From Prevotella sp. (lineage in GTDB: Bacteria > Bacteroidota > Bacteroidia > Bacteroidales > Bacteroidaceae): a stretch of DNA of 64,000 bases. Under the pieces are notes generated by a model. The model was given only the letters and a program-made list of their open reading frames with translations, was not told the DNA's origin and did no database searches. Every line of letters starts with the position of its first letter. Within the stretch, counting starts at the first letter, position 1. The translations under genes and the position numbers were made by a program. The stretch is taken from assembly GCA_022769285.1 (NCBI GenBank), contig JALEKD010000039.1, forward strand, positions 25,364 to 89,363, written 5' to 3'. Positions 1-9,889 of the stretch are shown here, one piece after another.

Positions 1-585
1 GGTCATGCCCTGACGTATATTGGCCCCGATGTGATAGGGGCGGAAGTCGAACTGAGGCAGGGTGTACAGACTGTACAGGCTGGTGGCTATAATGTAGAGC
101 ACCGTGAAGTTGACTGCTATCCACTGGTTGCTCTCTGATACGAAGCGAAACATGCGCCGGGGATAGCAGCACACCATGACGGAACAGGCCAGCAGCACGA
201 TGTTTTTGGCAAGTGTCTGTCCGTTGGTAAGTACCACCGCGTCGCCAAAGCAACCGCAGTCCTTAACTGGGTTGGCCACAGCTATCCACACGGTGATGAG
301 CGTCATAATGGTCATGAAAATCAGGGTAACCCGGGTGGTAAGCCGCCGCCGGATGGCGCAGAGCATGAACACGCCCATAGAGAACTCTAACGCGGCTAAG
401 AGTACTGCCACCGTAAGCGTGATCCACCCTGGTAGGGTGTCGGCCATAGAGAGTGCGGCCAGGTAATCGTTTATCTTGTACTGAGTGCCCAATGGGTCTA
501 TGGCCTTGATATAGCCAGAAAAAATAAAGGTCAAGGCCAGCAGTGCACGGCACACGTTGGTTATTATGGTGACAGACCTATTCAC
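1..585 (-). CDS. DoxX-like membrane protein (BT_3928 family), 3' end runs off the window
   Basis: Manual translation from GTG at 585 gives MNRSVTIITNVCRALLALTFIFSGYIKAIDPLGTQYKINDYL... with a later DCGCFGDA motif. It overlaps the stop of the DUF1599 gene, a usual Bacteroidales neighbour. Not in the ORF track because it is truncated. Confidence 0.8.
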   Translation of the reverse strand, partial: MNRSVTIITNVCRALLALTFIFSGYIKAIDPLGTQYKINDYLAALSMADTLPGWITLTVAVLLAALEFSMGVFMLCAIRRRLTTRVTLIFMTIMTLITVWIAVANPVKDCGCFGDAVVLTNGQTLAKNIVLLACSVMVCCYPRRMFRFVSESNQWIAVNFTVLYIIATSLYSLYTLPQFDFRPYHIGANIRQGMT

Positions 586-1126
586 CCTCGCTCAGTTTGA
601 TAACGCCGAAGACGGCATAATTAATAACATCCATGTAATTGGCATCGATACCTTCAGACACGAGCGTGTGGCCGTCCAAGTCTTCTATCTCCTTGATACG
701 CTCTATCTTAGTAAGTATCAAGTCGGTGTAGCTGCTCACACGCATGGAGCGCCAGGCCTCATCATAGTCGTGGTTCTTGCGTATCATCAGCGCCAGGGCC
801 TCGGCTGCGTAATGGTCGTAGAGAGCTAAGGCCTCGGCCGGGGTGATGTCTACACGGTCGACATAGCCCTTGGCGAGCTGTATAAGCCCCACGATACCAT
901 AATTGATAAGGGCTACAAACTCAGGACGTATGCCCTCGCCCACCAGCGATTCGCCCTTGACCTCTAATGAGCGTATGCGCTTGGCCTTGATATACAGCTG
1001 GTCGGTCAGCGACGATGGCCGCAGTATGCGCCAGGAAGCGCCATAGTCATGGAGTTTCTTCTCGAAGAGCGAGCGACACTCGGCTACGACCCCACGGAAC
1101 TGTTCATCAGTATTCATTGTTGCCAT
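578..1126 (-). CDS. DUF1599 domain protein (two internal repeats)
   Basis: Repeated K(L/N)HDY(G/D)x(S/A)WR...S(S)xTD motifs and D/N-Y-x-V/I; upstream -7 promoter TAACTTTG at about 1140-1147. Confidence 0.85.
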   Translation of the reverse strand: MATMNTDEQFRGVVAECRSLFEKKLHDYGASWRILRPSSLTDQLYIKAKRIRSLEVKGESLVGEGIRPEFVALINYGIVGLIQLAKGYVDRVDITPAEALALYDHYAAEALALMIRKNHDYDEAWRSMRVSSYTDLILTKIERIKEIEDLDGHTLVSEGIDANYMDVINYAVFGVIKLSEGE

Positions 1127-1201
1127 AATATACTGGATGCAAAGTTAGCCATTTATCGTGACATACACAAATCTTGCCCCCATGATGTGCACGTAGGCCG
1201 C

Positions 1202-1615
1202 TTATTTTTCCTGCTGTCTGCGATGTATCACGCGCACCGTGCCAACCAGCACGTCGTAGCGCACCTGTAATGAGTCGCGCCTCAGGCGTATCTCGTTGCG
1301 CGCACGGATGGTTCCGGCCTGGTTATAGGCGGCTATGGCCGCCTGCAAGGCCGAGTCGGTGCGGGCTATGTCCTGCTGGGCCAGGCGCAGGGAGGCTTCC
1401 TGCCACAGAACGAGGGCTCGCTGACGGGCCTTGACGGCGCGCGGATGCTGCAAGCGCAACTGGGTAATGGAGTCGAGCACTGCCTGATAGCGGCCCGCGG
1501 CATAGAGCTGCTCTATCCGGGTCATGAGCGGCTGAGCACGCTGCTCGTCGGTGGGCTGACAGGCCATTAGCAGGATGCCAAGGGCTGCCAGACTCAAGAG
1601 GCTTCTGATATTCAT
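1202..1615 (-). CDS. hypothetical lipoprotein
   Basis: Lipobox LLMAC after a hydrophobic stretch, helical body, TAAGTTTG promoter upstream. Confidence 0.75.
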   Translation of the reverse strand: MNIRSLLSLAALGILLMACQPTDEQRAQPLMTRIEQLYAAGRYQAVLDSITQLRLQHPRAVKARQRALVLWQEASLRLAQQDIARTDSALQAAIAAYNQAGTIRARNEIRLRRDSLQVRYDVLVGTVRVIHRRQQEK

Positions 1616-1786
1616 ATTATTGATTTTCTTATACTTATTTGCCGGTACTTACGCCCAAAGGGGCGAGAGTTGCTGGATGCAAACTTACATATTTTTTTTG
1701 ACTTCGGGGACGTATTTGGGCAAAAAGTGAGTACCTCTGGGTTTTTATCTGCCGTCTCTGGCCGCCCAGTGACGGCTCCGGGACAG

Positions 1787-2230
1787 CTATTGACCATCAT
1801 TAGCAAAGCCGGGATGGCTCTTTTGCATCGCCACGCCATCGGGCATCACACAGAAGCCATGACGCTCGTAGAAGGGGGCATTGCTGCTTTCCTCGGGCAT
1901 CACATTGATATAGAGGAAGTCGCGGTAATGGGCCTTGGCACTCTCTATGAGGTGCGAGGCGATGCCCTGGTGCTGGTAGGCAGGGTCTACGAGGAGGTAA
2001 TGGAGAAAGGCGGTCATGCCTCCGTCGTCGATGCCGCGTATCAGACCGACGAGACGATGGCCATGCCATGCCGTAAGCACATACGAGGACTGCTGCAGGG
2101 CGCGATAGAGCTGGGCTGGATATCGGCCCGACACCCAGCCCACAGAGAGGAACAGCTGTTCTACCTGCCGCTGCGTAAAGTGGCGTGTCTCGGTATATTC
2201 TATCAGGCTGTCCATAAGTCCATTAGTCAT
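1787..2230 (-). CDS. GNAT family N-acetyltransferase
   Basis: LLVDPAYQHQGIASHL (acetyl-CoA motif A) and FYERHGF; likely ATG at 2230 overlaps the upstream stop (alternative start 2215). Confidence 0.85.
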   Translation of the reverse strand: MTNGLMDSLIEYTETRHFTQRQVEQLFLSVGWVSGRYPAQLYRALQQSSYVLTAWHGHRLVGLIRGIDDGGMTAFLHYLLVDPAYQHQGIASHLIESAKAHYRDFLYINVMPEESSNAPFYERHGFCVMPDGVAMQKSHPGFANDGQ

Positions 2231-3497
2231 TATGGCGACCGTGTCCGTCGCAGACATCGTGGTGACAGGTAGCATCGCCATAGACCAGGGTACCGGCCAG
2301 ATAGTCATTCATCACCTTATCGACCTCCTCGGCAGGGGCTCCGCCATGGATGGCGATGTGCATCTCGTTGAGCAGATTGACAGCACCAGCACCCAAGCCT
2401 CCGCAGACGACATCGGTAACGCCGAGGCCCTGCAGGAAACGGGGCATGGCACCATGGGCATGCTCGGGAGCGGCAAGCACCTCCTTGGCGGTTACGTGGC
2501 TGTCCTCTACATCATAGACAGTTACCTGTGGGGCCTTGCCGAAATGGGGGAAGAGCCGTCCCTCGGCGGTGGGAATTGCAATTTTCATCTTCTTATTGTT
2601 TTTGGTTTGTATAATGTATGTCTGGTAAGTGTGGTTTCTGAACTCGTTGGGCATGCGGCCCGTCATTCGCTTGAAAAACTTGGCAAAATACGACGGATCT
2701 TCGAAGCCCAGGTCATAGGCAATCTCCTTGATGCTAAGCGCTGAGTGCTGTAGCTGTCGTTTAGCCTCAAGGACGAGGCGGTCGTTAATGACCTGCAATG
2801 GCGAGCAGTGGGTGCTCTGGTTAACGTAGTTGGTAAGCGTGCGCGAAGAGATGTTGAGCATGTCGGCGTAGCCTTTCACGGTATGCACCGTGTGGAAATG
2901 CTGTTCGAGTTGCTGCCGGAAGCGCACAAAGGTACGGTTGGCCACGCTGTTAACATAGAGTTTGGCCTTCTGACTGCGCTCGCCGTTGCGCTGCACCCTT
3001 ATCAGGAAGAGACGCACCAGGTACTGCATATAGTCCTTGTGGGCAAAGGCTCCGGTGAGCGCGTACTCACGGTTCATCTCGCTGACCAGGGACATCAGCC
3101 GGGCGGCCTCCTCGTGTGTCACCCTATAGTAGGGCAAGGCATCGTAGGCATTGAACACATCGTACTTCAGAAACACGCTCTCGCTCGACTCCTCATCGGC
3201 CATAAAACTGTCATTGAAGTGGATGATAATGCCCTCGTAGTCGCGCGTGCCGTCAAAGGAGTGGGCCTGCCCAGGAGCGATAAAGAAAATGGTGTTGTCT
3301 GCAACAGGATAGTCGACAAAGTCTACACGATGTACGCCATGACCACGGCGAAACCAGATAATCTGATAGAACCGGTGTACATGTGGGGCCATGGCGCCAG
3401 GGTTGCCCACGAAGAAGCGGGGCATAAAGTGCAGCTCTAGCTCCAGTCCTGAGTGTGCGTTCTCGGTCATCTGATAGGTCGTCACATCTTTTTTCAT
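2223..3497 (-). CDS. AraC family regulator (cupin + HTH) fused in frame to a NifB/NifX-type dinitrogenase Fe-Mo cofactor domain with a His-rich tail
   Basis: HVHRFYQIIW cupin; SIKEIAYDLGFEDPSYFAKFFKRMTG HTH; then MKIAIPT...FPHFGKAP...VVCGGLGAGA, ending CHHDVCDGHGRHND. Confidence 0.85.
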   Translation of the reverse strand: MKKDVTTYQMTENAHSGLELELHFMPRFFVGNPGAMAPHVHRFYQIIWFRRGHGVHRVDFVDYPVADNTIFFIAPGQAHSFDGTRDYEGIIIHFNDSFMADEESSESVFLKYDVFNAYDALPYYRVTHEEAARLMSLVSEMNREYALTGAFAHKDYMQYLVRLFLIRVQRNGERSQKAKLYVNSVANRTFVRFRQQLEQHFHTVHTVKGYADMLNISSRTLTNYVNQSTHCSPLQVINDRLVLEAKRQLQHSALSIKEIAYDLGFEDPSYFAKFFKRMTGRMPNEFRNHTYQTYIIQTKNNKKMKIAIPTAEGRLFPHFGKAPQVTVYDVEDSHVTAKEVLAAPEHAHGAMPRFLQGLGVTDVVCGGLGAGAVNLLNEMHIAIHGGAPAEEVDKVMNDYLAGTLVYGDATCHHDVCDGHGRHND

Positions 3498-3538
3498 CGT
3501 CTATAGCCTTTCCCTATACGCCCAAGGGGCCATGGATT

Positions 3539-3616
3539 ATGGTAAATAGTGTATTTGCGATGGTAAAATTACTCACTATTAGCGAAAGCAACAAACGTGA
3601 TGCGCAAATTTACCAT
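3539..3616. promoter_or_regulatory. putative AraC operator: ATGGTAAA twice, 21 bp apart, plus one inverted copy
   Basis: ATGGTAAA at 3539 and 3560, TTTACCAT at 3609, in the divergent intergenic region. Confidence 0.5.
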
Positions 3617-3658
3617 TCTTAGGGCCGAAAACACAACGATTTAACCCTCTGCCAGTAA

Positions 3659-3666
3659 TAATTTTG
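3659..3666 (+). promoter_or_regulatory. Bacteroidetes -7 promoter element
   Basis: TAATTTTG(CA) matches TAnnTTTG upstream of the 3722 gene. Confidence 0.6.
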
Positions 3667-3721
3667 CACCCGGCAATAAACTATAACATACTAATCACAC
3701 AAACTAAAAGGAGTAAACAGA

Positions 3722-4018
3722 ATGAAAAAAGTAAATGCGTATCTTCAGATTACGATGAAGATTAAGGAGAGCGAGCGCCCCAGTGCGGCCAAGGTGTATT
3801 CGGACTATCGCCAGCCATTCCTCGACACGATTGAGGGTGCCCTGACCAAAGCGTTGTTAGTACGCGACGAGGATGTGCAGGTACTGCATGGTTTTTACAA
3901 CAAGGAGCATGCCGCTGCTTATCTCGAGTCGGATATGTTCAAGAACGACGTAGCTAAGGGTCTGTCGCCATACTTCCAGGCCGACCCGGAGATACGTATC
4001 TTCAGCGTGGTGGGCTAA
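3722..4018 (+). CDS. small conserved hypothetical protein, probable dimeric alpha-beta barrel (ABM-like) fold
   Basis: Clean ORF with AAGGAG SD, promoter and downstream hairpin; beta-alpha-beta-beta-alpha pattern. Confidence 0.75.
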   Translation: MKKVNAYLQITMKIKESERPSAAKVYSDYRQPFLDTIEGALTKALLVRDEDVQVLHGFYNKEHAAAYLESDMFKNDVAKGLSPYFQADPEIRIFSVVG

Positions 4019-4078
4019 ATTCAGCCTCTTATAGGCAGTAACCAACAGTCTAACCAAAGCGATACAGGCTTTATGCAG

Positions 4079-4121
4079 TTTACCTCGGCCGATGATCCAT
4101 ACTCTTTTCGGCTGAGGTAAA
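4079..4121. terminator. hairpin, probable terminator
   Basis: TTTACCTCGGCCGA...TCGGCTGAGGTAAA inverted repeat after the 3722 gene. Confidence 0.55.
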
Positions 4122-4236
4122 CTCTATAAATGCCCCATAAACATTCCATATCTGTTGGCCGACTGTACTTTTACGGCGTTCTGCTTGGTAAGACGGGCCA
4201 AAATAACTAACTTTGTAGGTAAAATAGACTAAGATA

Positions 4237-5667
4237 ATGAGAAATCTGAGTGACGCAGAGCTGGCCAAACTGCTCGACAAGGACATATTCAGAACCATAG
4301 GGCACGTGGCCGATGAGCTGGGCGTGGCGTGCTATGTGGTAGGCGGTTATGTAAGAGACCTGTTTCTTGAGCGGCTGTCTAACGATATCGACGTGGTCGT
4401 GGTGGGCAGCGGCATACAGGTGGCCCAAGCCCTCAAGAAGGCCTTGGGGCGCAAGGCCTACATATCGGTGTTCCGCAACTTCGGCACCGCCCAGGTCAAA
4501 TACCATGGCATGGAGGTCGAGTTTGTGGGTGCCCGTAAGGAGAGCTACAGCCACGACAGCCGCAAACCACATGTAGAAGATGGCACCTTGGAGGACGACC
4601 AGAACCGCCGCGACTTTACCATCAACGCCTTGGCCGTATGCCTCAACGGCGACCACTTCGGCGAGCTGGTAGACCCCTTCGACGGAGTCTATGATATGGA
4701 AGACCGCATCATCCGTACCCCCCTCGACCCGGATATCACCTTCTCCGACGACCCCCTGCGCATGCTGCGCTGCATACGCTTCGCCACGCAGCTCAACTTC
4801 TATATTGAAGATGACACCTTTGATGCCCTCACCCGCAATGCTGACCGCATCAAGATTATCAGTGGCGAGCGGGTGATGGAAGAACTCAACAAGATAATGG
4901 CTACGCCCACTCCCAGCAAGGGCTTTGTAGACCTGTACCGCTGCGGACTGCTGCCCATACTGCTACCAGAGCTCACAGCACTGGATATAGTAGAGACACG
5001 CAACGGGCGTAAGCATAAGAACAACTTCTATCACACCTTGGAGGTACTGGACAACGTGGCAGCCCATTCGGACAACCTGTGGCTACGCTGGGCGGCCCTG
5101 CTACACGACATAGGCAAGCCCAAGTCGAAGCGATGGGAACCTGTACAGGGCTGGACATTCCACAATCACAACTACTTAGGGGCTAAGATGGTTCCAGGCA
5201 TCTTCCGCCGACTCAAGCTGCCGATGGATGCCAAGATGAAGTATGTCCAGAAGATGGTAGACCTACACATGCGCCCCATCGTGATAGCCGATGAAGAGGT
5301 AACTGACAGCGCCGTACGCCGACTACTCAACGATGCGGGCGACGACATAGACGACCTGATGTTGCTGTGCGAGGCCGACATCACCAGCAAGAACCAGGTA
5401 CGTAAGCAGCAGTTCTTAGACAACTTTGCCGCTGTCAGAACCAAGTTGGCCGACCTCAAGGAACGCGACTACAAGCGCCTGCTCCAACCCTGCATTGATG
5501 GCAATGAGATTATGGAGATATTCCACCTCAAGCCGAGCCGCGAGGTAGGCACCCTCAAGCAAGCCCTCAAAGATGCTGTCCTTGACAACCGCGTGCCCAA
5601 CGAGCGCGAGCCGCTTATGGACCTGCTCATGAACAAGGCCAGGCAGATGGGCATCATAGCCGACTGA
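4237..5667 (+). CDS. cca: CCA tRNA nucleotidyltransferase with HD domain
   Basis: VGGYVRD, DIDVV, RRDFTINALA, DDPLRMLR and LLHDIGK motifs. Confidence 0.92.
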   Translation: MRNLSDAELAKLLDKDIFRTIGHVADELGVACYVVGGYVRDLFLERLSNDIDVVVVGSGIQVAQALKKALGRKAYISVFRNFGTAQVKYHGMEVEFVGARKESYSHDSRKPHVEDGTLEDDQNRRDFTINALAVCLNGDHFGELVDPFDGVYDMEDRIIRTPLDPDITFSDDPLRMLRCIRFATQLNFYIEDDTFDALTRNADRIKIISGERVMEELNKIMATPTPSKGFVDLYRCGLLPILLPELTALDIVETRNGRKHKNNFYHTLEVLDNVAAHSDNLWLRWAALLHDIGKPKSKRWEPVQGWTFHNHNYLGAKMVPGIFRRLKLPMDAKMKYVQKMVDLHMRPIVIADEEVTDSAVRRLLNDAGDDIDDLMLLCEADITSKNQVRKQQFLDNFAAVRTKLADLKERDYKRLLQPCIDGNEIMEIFHLKPSREVGTLKQALKDAVLDNRVPNEREPLMDLLMNKARQMGIIAD

Positions 5668-5688
5668 CCCAAGCCACCGACATACGGC

Positions 5689-5729
5689 AAGCGCCCCCAG
5701 CTACACCATACGGATAGCTGGGGGCGCTT
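5689..5729. terminator. hairpin between convergent genes
   Basis: AAGCGCCCCCAGCTA...TAGCTGGGGGCGCTT, 15-bp stem. Confidence 0.65.
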
Positions 5730-5768
5730 ATATTATATAGGTACAGGCCGTCAGGGCCACACATCAGG

Positions 5769-6173
5769 TCAACGCATGTACCACACGCCACGCACACAGA
5801 CCATGGGAACAGCCACCTGCTCGCGCAGACTGTCACCATAGGTAAACTCCAGATAGGCTGTACCCACGTGATTGGCCGTATCGGCCTGGGCACCCACTGC
5901 GCGCACACGCTGTATGCCGTGGTGCTCATCCTGCTGCTGCCCTATATACATACGGGCATTGGCTATAAGTTGCTCGCGATAGCCGGCAGGTATGCTGTCG
6001 GGCCTATAGGTTCCGTCAACAAACTGGTCATAATGGCCGCGAAGCAACGCCTCGTAATAGGCACAGGCCGTGGCAGCCACCATGTTGTCTGCCTTAGGCT
6101 GCTCTGTACAGGCGGTCATCATGGCTGCCGTCAGCCCTATTATAATAAGGTATATATATATCTTCATCTTCAT
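5769..6173 (-). CDS. hypothetical lipoprotein (NTF2-like fold possible)
   Basis: Signal peptide ending MMTAC; co-oriented directly after der. Confidence 0.7.
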   Translation of the reverse strand: MKMKIYIYLIIIGLTAAMMTACTEQPKADNMVAATACAYYEALLRGHYDQFVDGTYRPDSIPAGYREQLIANARMYIGQQQDEHHGIQRVRAVGAQADTANHVGTAYLEFTYGDSLREQVAVPMVCVRGVWYMR

Positions 6174-6202
6174 CTGCCACCCAGCCGGGCGACATATCTG
6201 AC

Positions 6203-7516
6203 TTATTTCTGACGTATGAACACGTTGATGGGACAGCCGTGCATAGACCAGTTCTCCCTTATCTTGTTCTCGAGGAAGCGGCGGTAAGGCTCCTTGATAT
6301 ACTGCGGCAGGTTGGCGTAGAACACGAAAGAAGGTATCTGCGTGTTGGGCAACTGCGTGCAGTACTTTATCTTGATATACTTGCCCTTGATAGAGGGCGG
6401 CGGCGTGGCCTCGATGATGGGCAGCATCACCTCGTTGAGTTTGGAGGTGCCCACATGGGCGCGACGGTTCAGATACACATCCTTGGCAGTCTCGAGCACA
6501 CGGAAGATGCGCTGCTTGGTAAGGGCAGAGGCGAAGATGATAGGGAAGTCGACAAAGGGTGCCATGCGGTTGCGTATGGCATTGGTGAAGGTGTCGATGA
6601 CCTTCTGATCCTTATTCTCTACCAAGTCCCACTTGTTCACCACCACCACGAGCGATTTGTTGTTCTTCTGGATGAGCTGGAAGATGTTCATATCCTGGGC
6701 CTCGATGCCACGGGTAGCGTCAATCATGAGGATGCAGACATCACTGTGCTCGATGGCGCGTATGGAGCGCATCACCGAGTAGAACTCGAGGTCTTCAGAC
6801 ACCTTATTCTTGCGGCGGATGCCAGCCGTGTCAACCAGATAGAAGTCAAAGCCGAACTTATCAAAACGAGTGTAGATGCTATCGCGGGTGGTACCGGCTA
6901 TCTCAGTCACAATGTTGCGATCCTCGCCTATGAAGGCGTTGATAATGCTGCTCTTGCCGGCGTTGGGACGGCCCACCACAGCGAAGCGAGGTATGTCGTC
7001 CTCGACATCCTCCTTGTTCTCGGCGGGCAGACGATCCAGTATGGTATCGAGCAAGTCGCCCGTGCCACCTCCTGTGGCTGCGCTGATGCAGAAAGGCTCG
7101 CCCAGGCCCAATTTGTAAAACTCGGCGGCCTCATAGTATTCCGAACTGTTGTCCACCTTATTGGCTACAAGTATCACGGGCAACTTGGCGCGGCGCAGTA
7201 TGAGGGCCACATCCTCGTCCCAGTCTGTCAGACCGGTCTCCACATCTACCAGGAAGAGCACCAGGTCGGCCTCCTCGGTGGCCACAAGTACCTGCTTGCG
7301 TATAGCGTCCTCGAACACGTCGTCAGAGTTGACTACCCATCCCCCGGTGTCCACTACCGAAAATTCCTTACCGTTCCATGAGCATTTTCCATACTGCCGG
7401 TCGCGGGTGGTACCAGCGGTGTCGCTCACGATAGCGTGACGGCTCTGCGTGAGCCTGTTGAAGAGTGTAGACTTTCCCACGTTGGGGCGGCCTACGATTG
7501 CTACTAAATTTGCCAT
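6203..7516 (-). CDS. der: ribosome biogenesis GTPase Der (EngA)
   Basis: Two G domains: [16 protein letters not shown] and [16 protein letters not shown]. Confidence 0.97.
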   Translation of the reverse strand: MANLVAIVGRPNVGKSTLFNRLTQSRHAIVSDTAGTTRDRQYGKCSWNGKEFSVVDTGGWVVNSDDVFEDAIRKQVLVATEEADLVLFLVDVETGLTDWDEDVALILRRAKLPVILVANKVDNSSEYYEAAEFYKLGLGEPFCISAATGGGTGDLLDTILDRLPAENKEDVEDDIPRFAVVGRPNAGKSSIINAFIGEDRNIVTEIAGTTRDSIYTRFDKFGFDFYLVDTAGIRRKNKVSEDLEFYSVMRSIRAIEHSDVCILMIDATRGIEAQDMNIFQLIQKNNKSLVVVVNKWDLVENKDQKVIDTFTNAIRNRMAPFVDFPIIFASALTKQRIFRVLETAKDVYLNRRAHVGTSKLNEVMLPIIEATPPPSIKGKYIKIKYCTQLPNTQIPSFVFYANLPQYIKEPYRRFLENKIRENWSMHGCPINVFIRQK

Positions 7517-7609
7517 TTACTGTTTGTTTTGCTGAAGTTTAACATTCTCCGGCCCTCGCCATGGTGGCGAGAGTATCCCCTACATCTCATCAGGGGGAGG
7601 TCTATATCG

Positions 7610-8491
7610 TTAGTCGGGGTCATACCCGAAGTGTTGCAGTTCGCGCTGCGAGTTGCGCCAGTCCTTGTCTACCTTGACAAATATCTCAAGGAATATCTTC
7701 TTGGCGAAGAACTTCTCCAGAGCCTTGCGGGCCTCGGTGCTCACCTTCTTGAGCGCCACGCCCTGGTGACCTATCACGATGCCCTTCTGGCTGTCACGCT
7801 CTACATAGATGACGGCATTGATGTGAATCTTAGCTTCATCCTCCTTGAAGCGCTCCACCACCACCTCCACAGAATAAGGTATCTCCTTGTCATAGTAGAG
7901 CAGTATCTTCTCGCGGATAATCTCGGAGACGAAGAAGCGGGCAGGCTTGTCGGTAAGTTGGTCTTTGGCAAAGTAGGCTGGCGACTCGGGCAGTAGTTCC
8001 TTGATGCGCTTCATCAGAATGTCGGTGCCAAACTTGTTCTTGGCCGACACGGGCAGTATCTCGGCATTGGGCAGCAGGCGGTGCCAATGCTCCACTATGT
8101 CGCCCAACTTCTGCTGGTCACTCTGGTCTATTTTGTTGATAAGCAGGAGCACGGGGATGGTCATCTTGGCCACCTTGGCCAGGAAGTCGGCGTTCTTCTC
8201 AGGGTTCTCCACCACATCGGTTACATAGAGCAGCACGTCGGCATCGGCCAAAGCCGACTCTGAGAAAGCCAGCATCATCTCCTGCATCTTATAGTTGGGC
8301 TTGAGCACACCCGGCGTATCCGAGAACACTATCTGGCAGTCAGAATCGTTGACAATGCCCATGATGCGGTGACGGGTGGTCTGCGCCTTGAAGGTGGCGA
8401 TACTGATGCGCTCACCCACGAGCTGGTTCATCAGCGTAGACTTGCCCACGTTGGGGTTGCCTACAATGTTTACAAATCCTGCTTTGTGCAT
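7610..8491 (-). CDS. era: GTPase Era
   Basis: GNPNVGKST, QTTR, DTPG, NKID and KH-domain VIGHQG; start placed at MHKAGFV (8491). Confidence 0.96.
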   Translation of the reverse strand: MHKAGFVNIVGNPNVGKSTLMNQLVGERISIATFKAQTTRHRIMGIVNDSDCQIVFSDTPGVLKPNYKMQEMMLAFSESALADADVLLYVTDVVENPEKNADFLAKVAKMTIPVLLLINKIDQSDQQKLGDIVEHWHRLLPNAEILPVSAKNKFGTDILMKRIKELLPESPAYFAKDQLTDKPARFFVSEIIREKILLYYDKEIPYSVEVVVERFKEDEAKIHINAVIYVERDSQKGIVIGHQGVALKKVSTEARKALEKFFAKKIFLEIFVKVDKDWRNSQRELQHFGYDPD

Positions 8492-8673
8492 AATTATTCC
8501 GGAATAGATTGCAAAATTAGCCAAAAATACTGAAATAGAATTACTGAGAGACTAAAAAGTAGCTAACAGCAGACAAAAAGAAACAAAAAAGACCACCTCC
8601 GCATAATTGTCGGCACTTTGTTTGCCCAGTAAGGATAAAAATAATACCTTTGTCCATATACGACAGTCAGCTT

Positions 8674-9798
8674 ATGCAACCTACCATTTGTTTTGTCACC
8701 ACGGGCGACATCAGTATCAACGCCACCGCCAAGAGGGCACTGGGCATGGCCGCCCCACTGGTCCAAAGGGGATGGGCAGTAACCATCCTTCTGGAAGACA
8801 CGACCGAGAACCGCCACAGGGCAGAAATAGAATGTGCCGGCGCGGCCAACGTGATATTCTTCACACAGCACTCGGCACTGGACGAGATTAGAAACAAGAA
8901 TCGTATCATCGCCCACAGACATATAGATGTTCTCTATCTCAGTGCCCCTGTAGCCCGTAACATAGTGCGCACACCTAAGCGCTGCCGGCTGGTAGTCGAA
9001 CACTCTGAACTGATGTCACATTTTTCCGGCCTGCATGCCCTGGCCAGGTTCAAGGCCATGTTTTTTGAGCTGCTGTCGGTTGTCCAGGCCGACGCACTGG
9101 TGTGCGCCAGCCATTACCTCTACGACATTTTCAGCCAGAGAGCCCTGCACATGCGGTGCCACCCCTCCATGCTCTACTTGCCTTATGCCTACAACGAGCG
9201 CGTGTGTCATCCCATTCCTGTCAACCGTGCCACGATATGCGGAGGGCGCTATGCAGAACGCAAGGTATTCTGCTATATGGGTAGCATTACTCACAGCTAC
9301 GGTGCTCTCACCATGACGGCTGCCATCGACCAGCTACGCCGCAGCCATCCAGAAGCCCTGCTTATCATGATGGGTCACGGCCCTGCCTACGACGAGGTCC
9401 GTCAAGAGATAGCACAGCGCCAGCTGACCCACCATATAGAGCAGACCGGCTATGTGAACGAAGAGGATATAGACCGTTACTTCTCGCTGGCCGACTACTT
9501 CATATTACCGATGCGCGACACCGAACAAGACTGGGCCAGATGTCCCAGCAAGCTATATATGTACCTACCTTACGACCGGCCCATTGTCACCTGTCGCATA
9601 GGGGAACCATGGAGTGTCTTAGGAGACAAGGGCACTTATTACCAGGCTGGCAATGCCGAGGATATGGCTACCCAGATGGCGCAACTCATTGACTCGGGAA
9701 ACACCCATTTGGGCATAGCGCCCAAAGAACATACATGGCAAGCCCGCGCAGAAGTCTTCGACCAATGGATAAGAGGACAGGCAAAGACTGACAAGTAG
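8674..9798 (+). CDS. glycosyltransferase, GT-B fold (GT4-like)
   Basis: YMGS, GHGP and CPSKLYMYL..RPIV motifs; TACCTTTG promoter at about 8645; start at MQPTICF. Confidence 0.85.
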   Translation: MQPTICFVTTGDISINATAKRALGMAAPLVQRGWAVTILLEDTTENRHRAEIECAGAANVIFFTQHSALDEIRNKNRIIAHRHIDVLYLSAPVARNIVRTPKRCRLVVEHSELMSHFSGLHALARFKAMFFELLSVVQADALVCASHYLYDIFSQRALHMRCHPSMLYLPYAYNERVCHPIPVNRATICGGRYAERKVFCYMGSITHSYGALTMTAAIDQLRRSHPEALLIMMGHGPAYDEVRQEIAQRQLTHHIEQTGYVNEEDIDRYFSLADYFILPMRDTEQDWARCPSKLYMYLPYDRPIVTCRIGEPWSVLGDKGTYYQAGNAEDMATQMAQLIDSGNTHLGIAPKEHTWQARAEVFDQWIRGQAKTDK

Positions 9799-9889
9799 CA
9801 TCCCGAGGCTGCCAAGTCAGTCCACACCTGACAGTCGACAAGGGGGCGGCACTCCATGCCTGCAACGGCGACAGCAAAGTTTAAAATAT

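Noticed and set aside
578-1126. DUF1599 as a phage-type nucleotide-modification system
   Set aside because: It sits in the usual Bacteroidales housekeeping context next to the DoxX-like gene, with no modification or phage genes nearby
2223-2588. NifX domain as evidence of nitrogen fixation
   Set aside because: No nif genes are present; stand-alone NifB/NifX-family domains are common in non-diazotrophic anaerobes
6239-7381. Long antisense ORFs (also 10341-11459, 33760-35547, 35767-37098, 54547-56523, 58316-59440)
   Set aside because: They are shadows of real genes with strong GC3 codon bias and have no motifs or initiation signals
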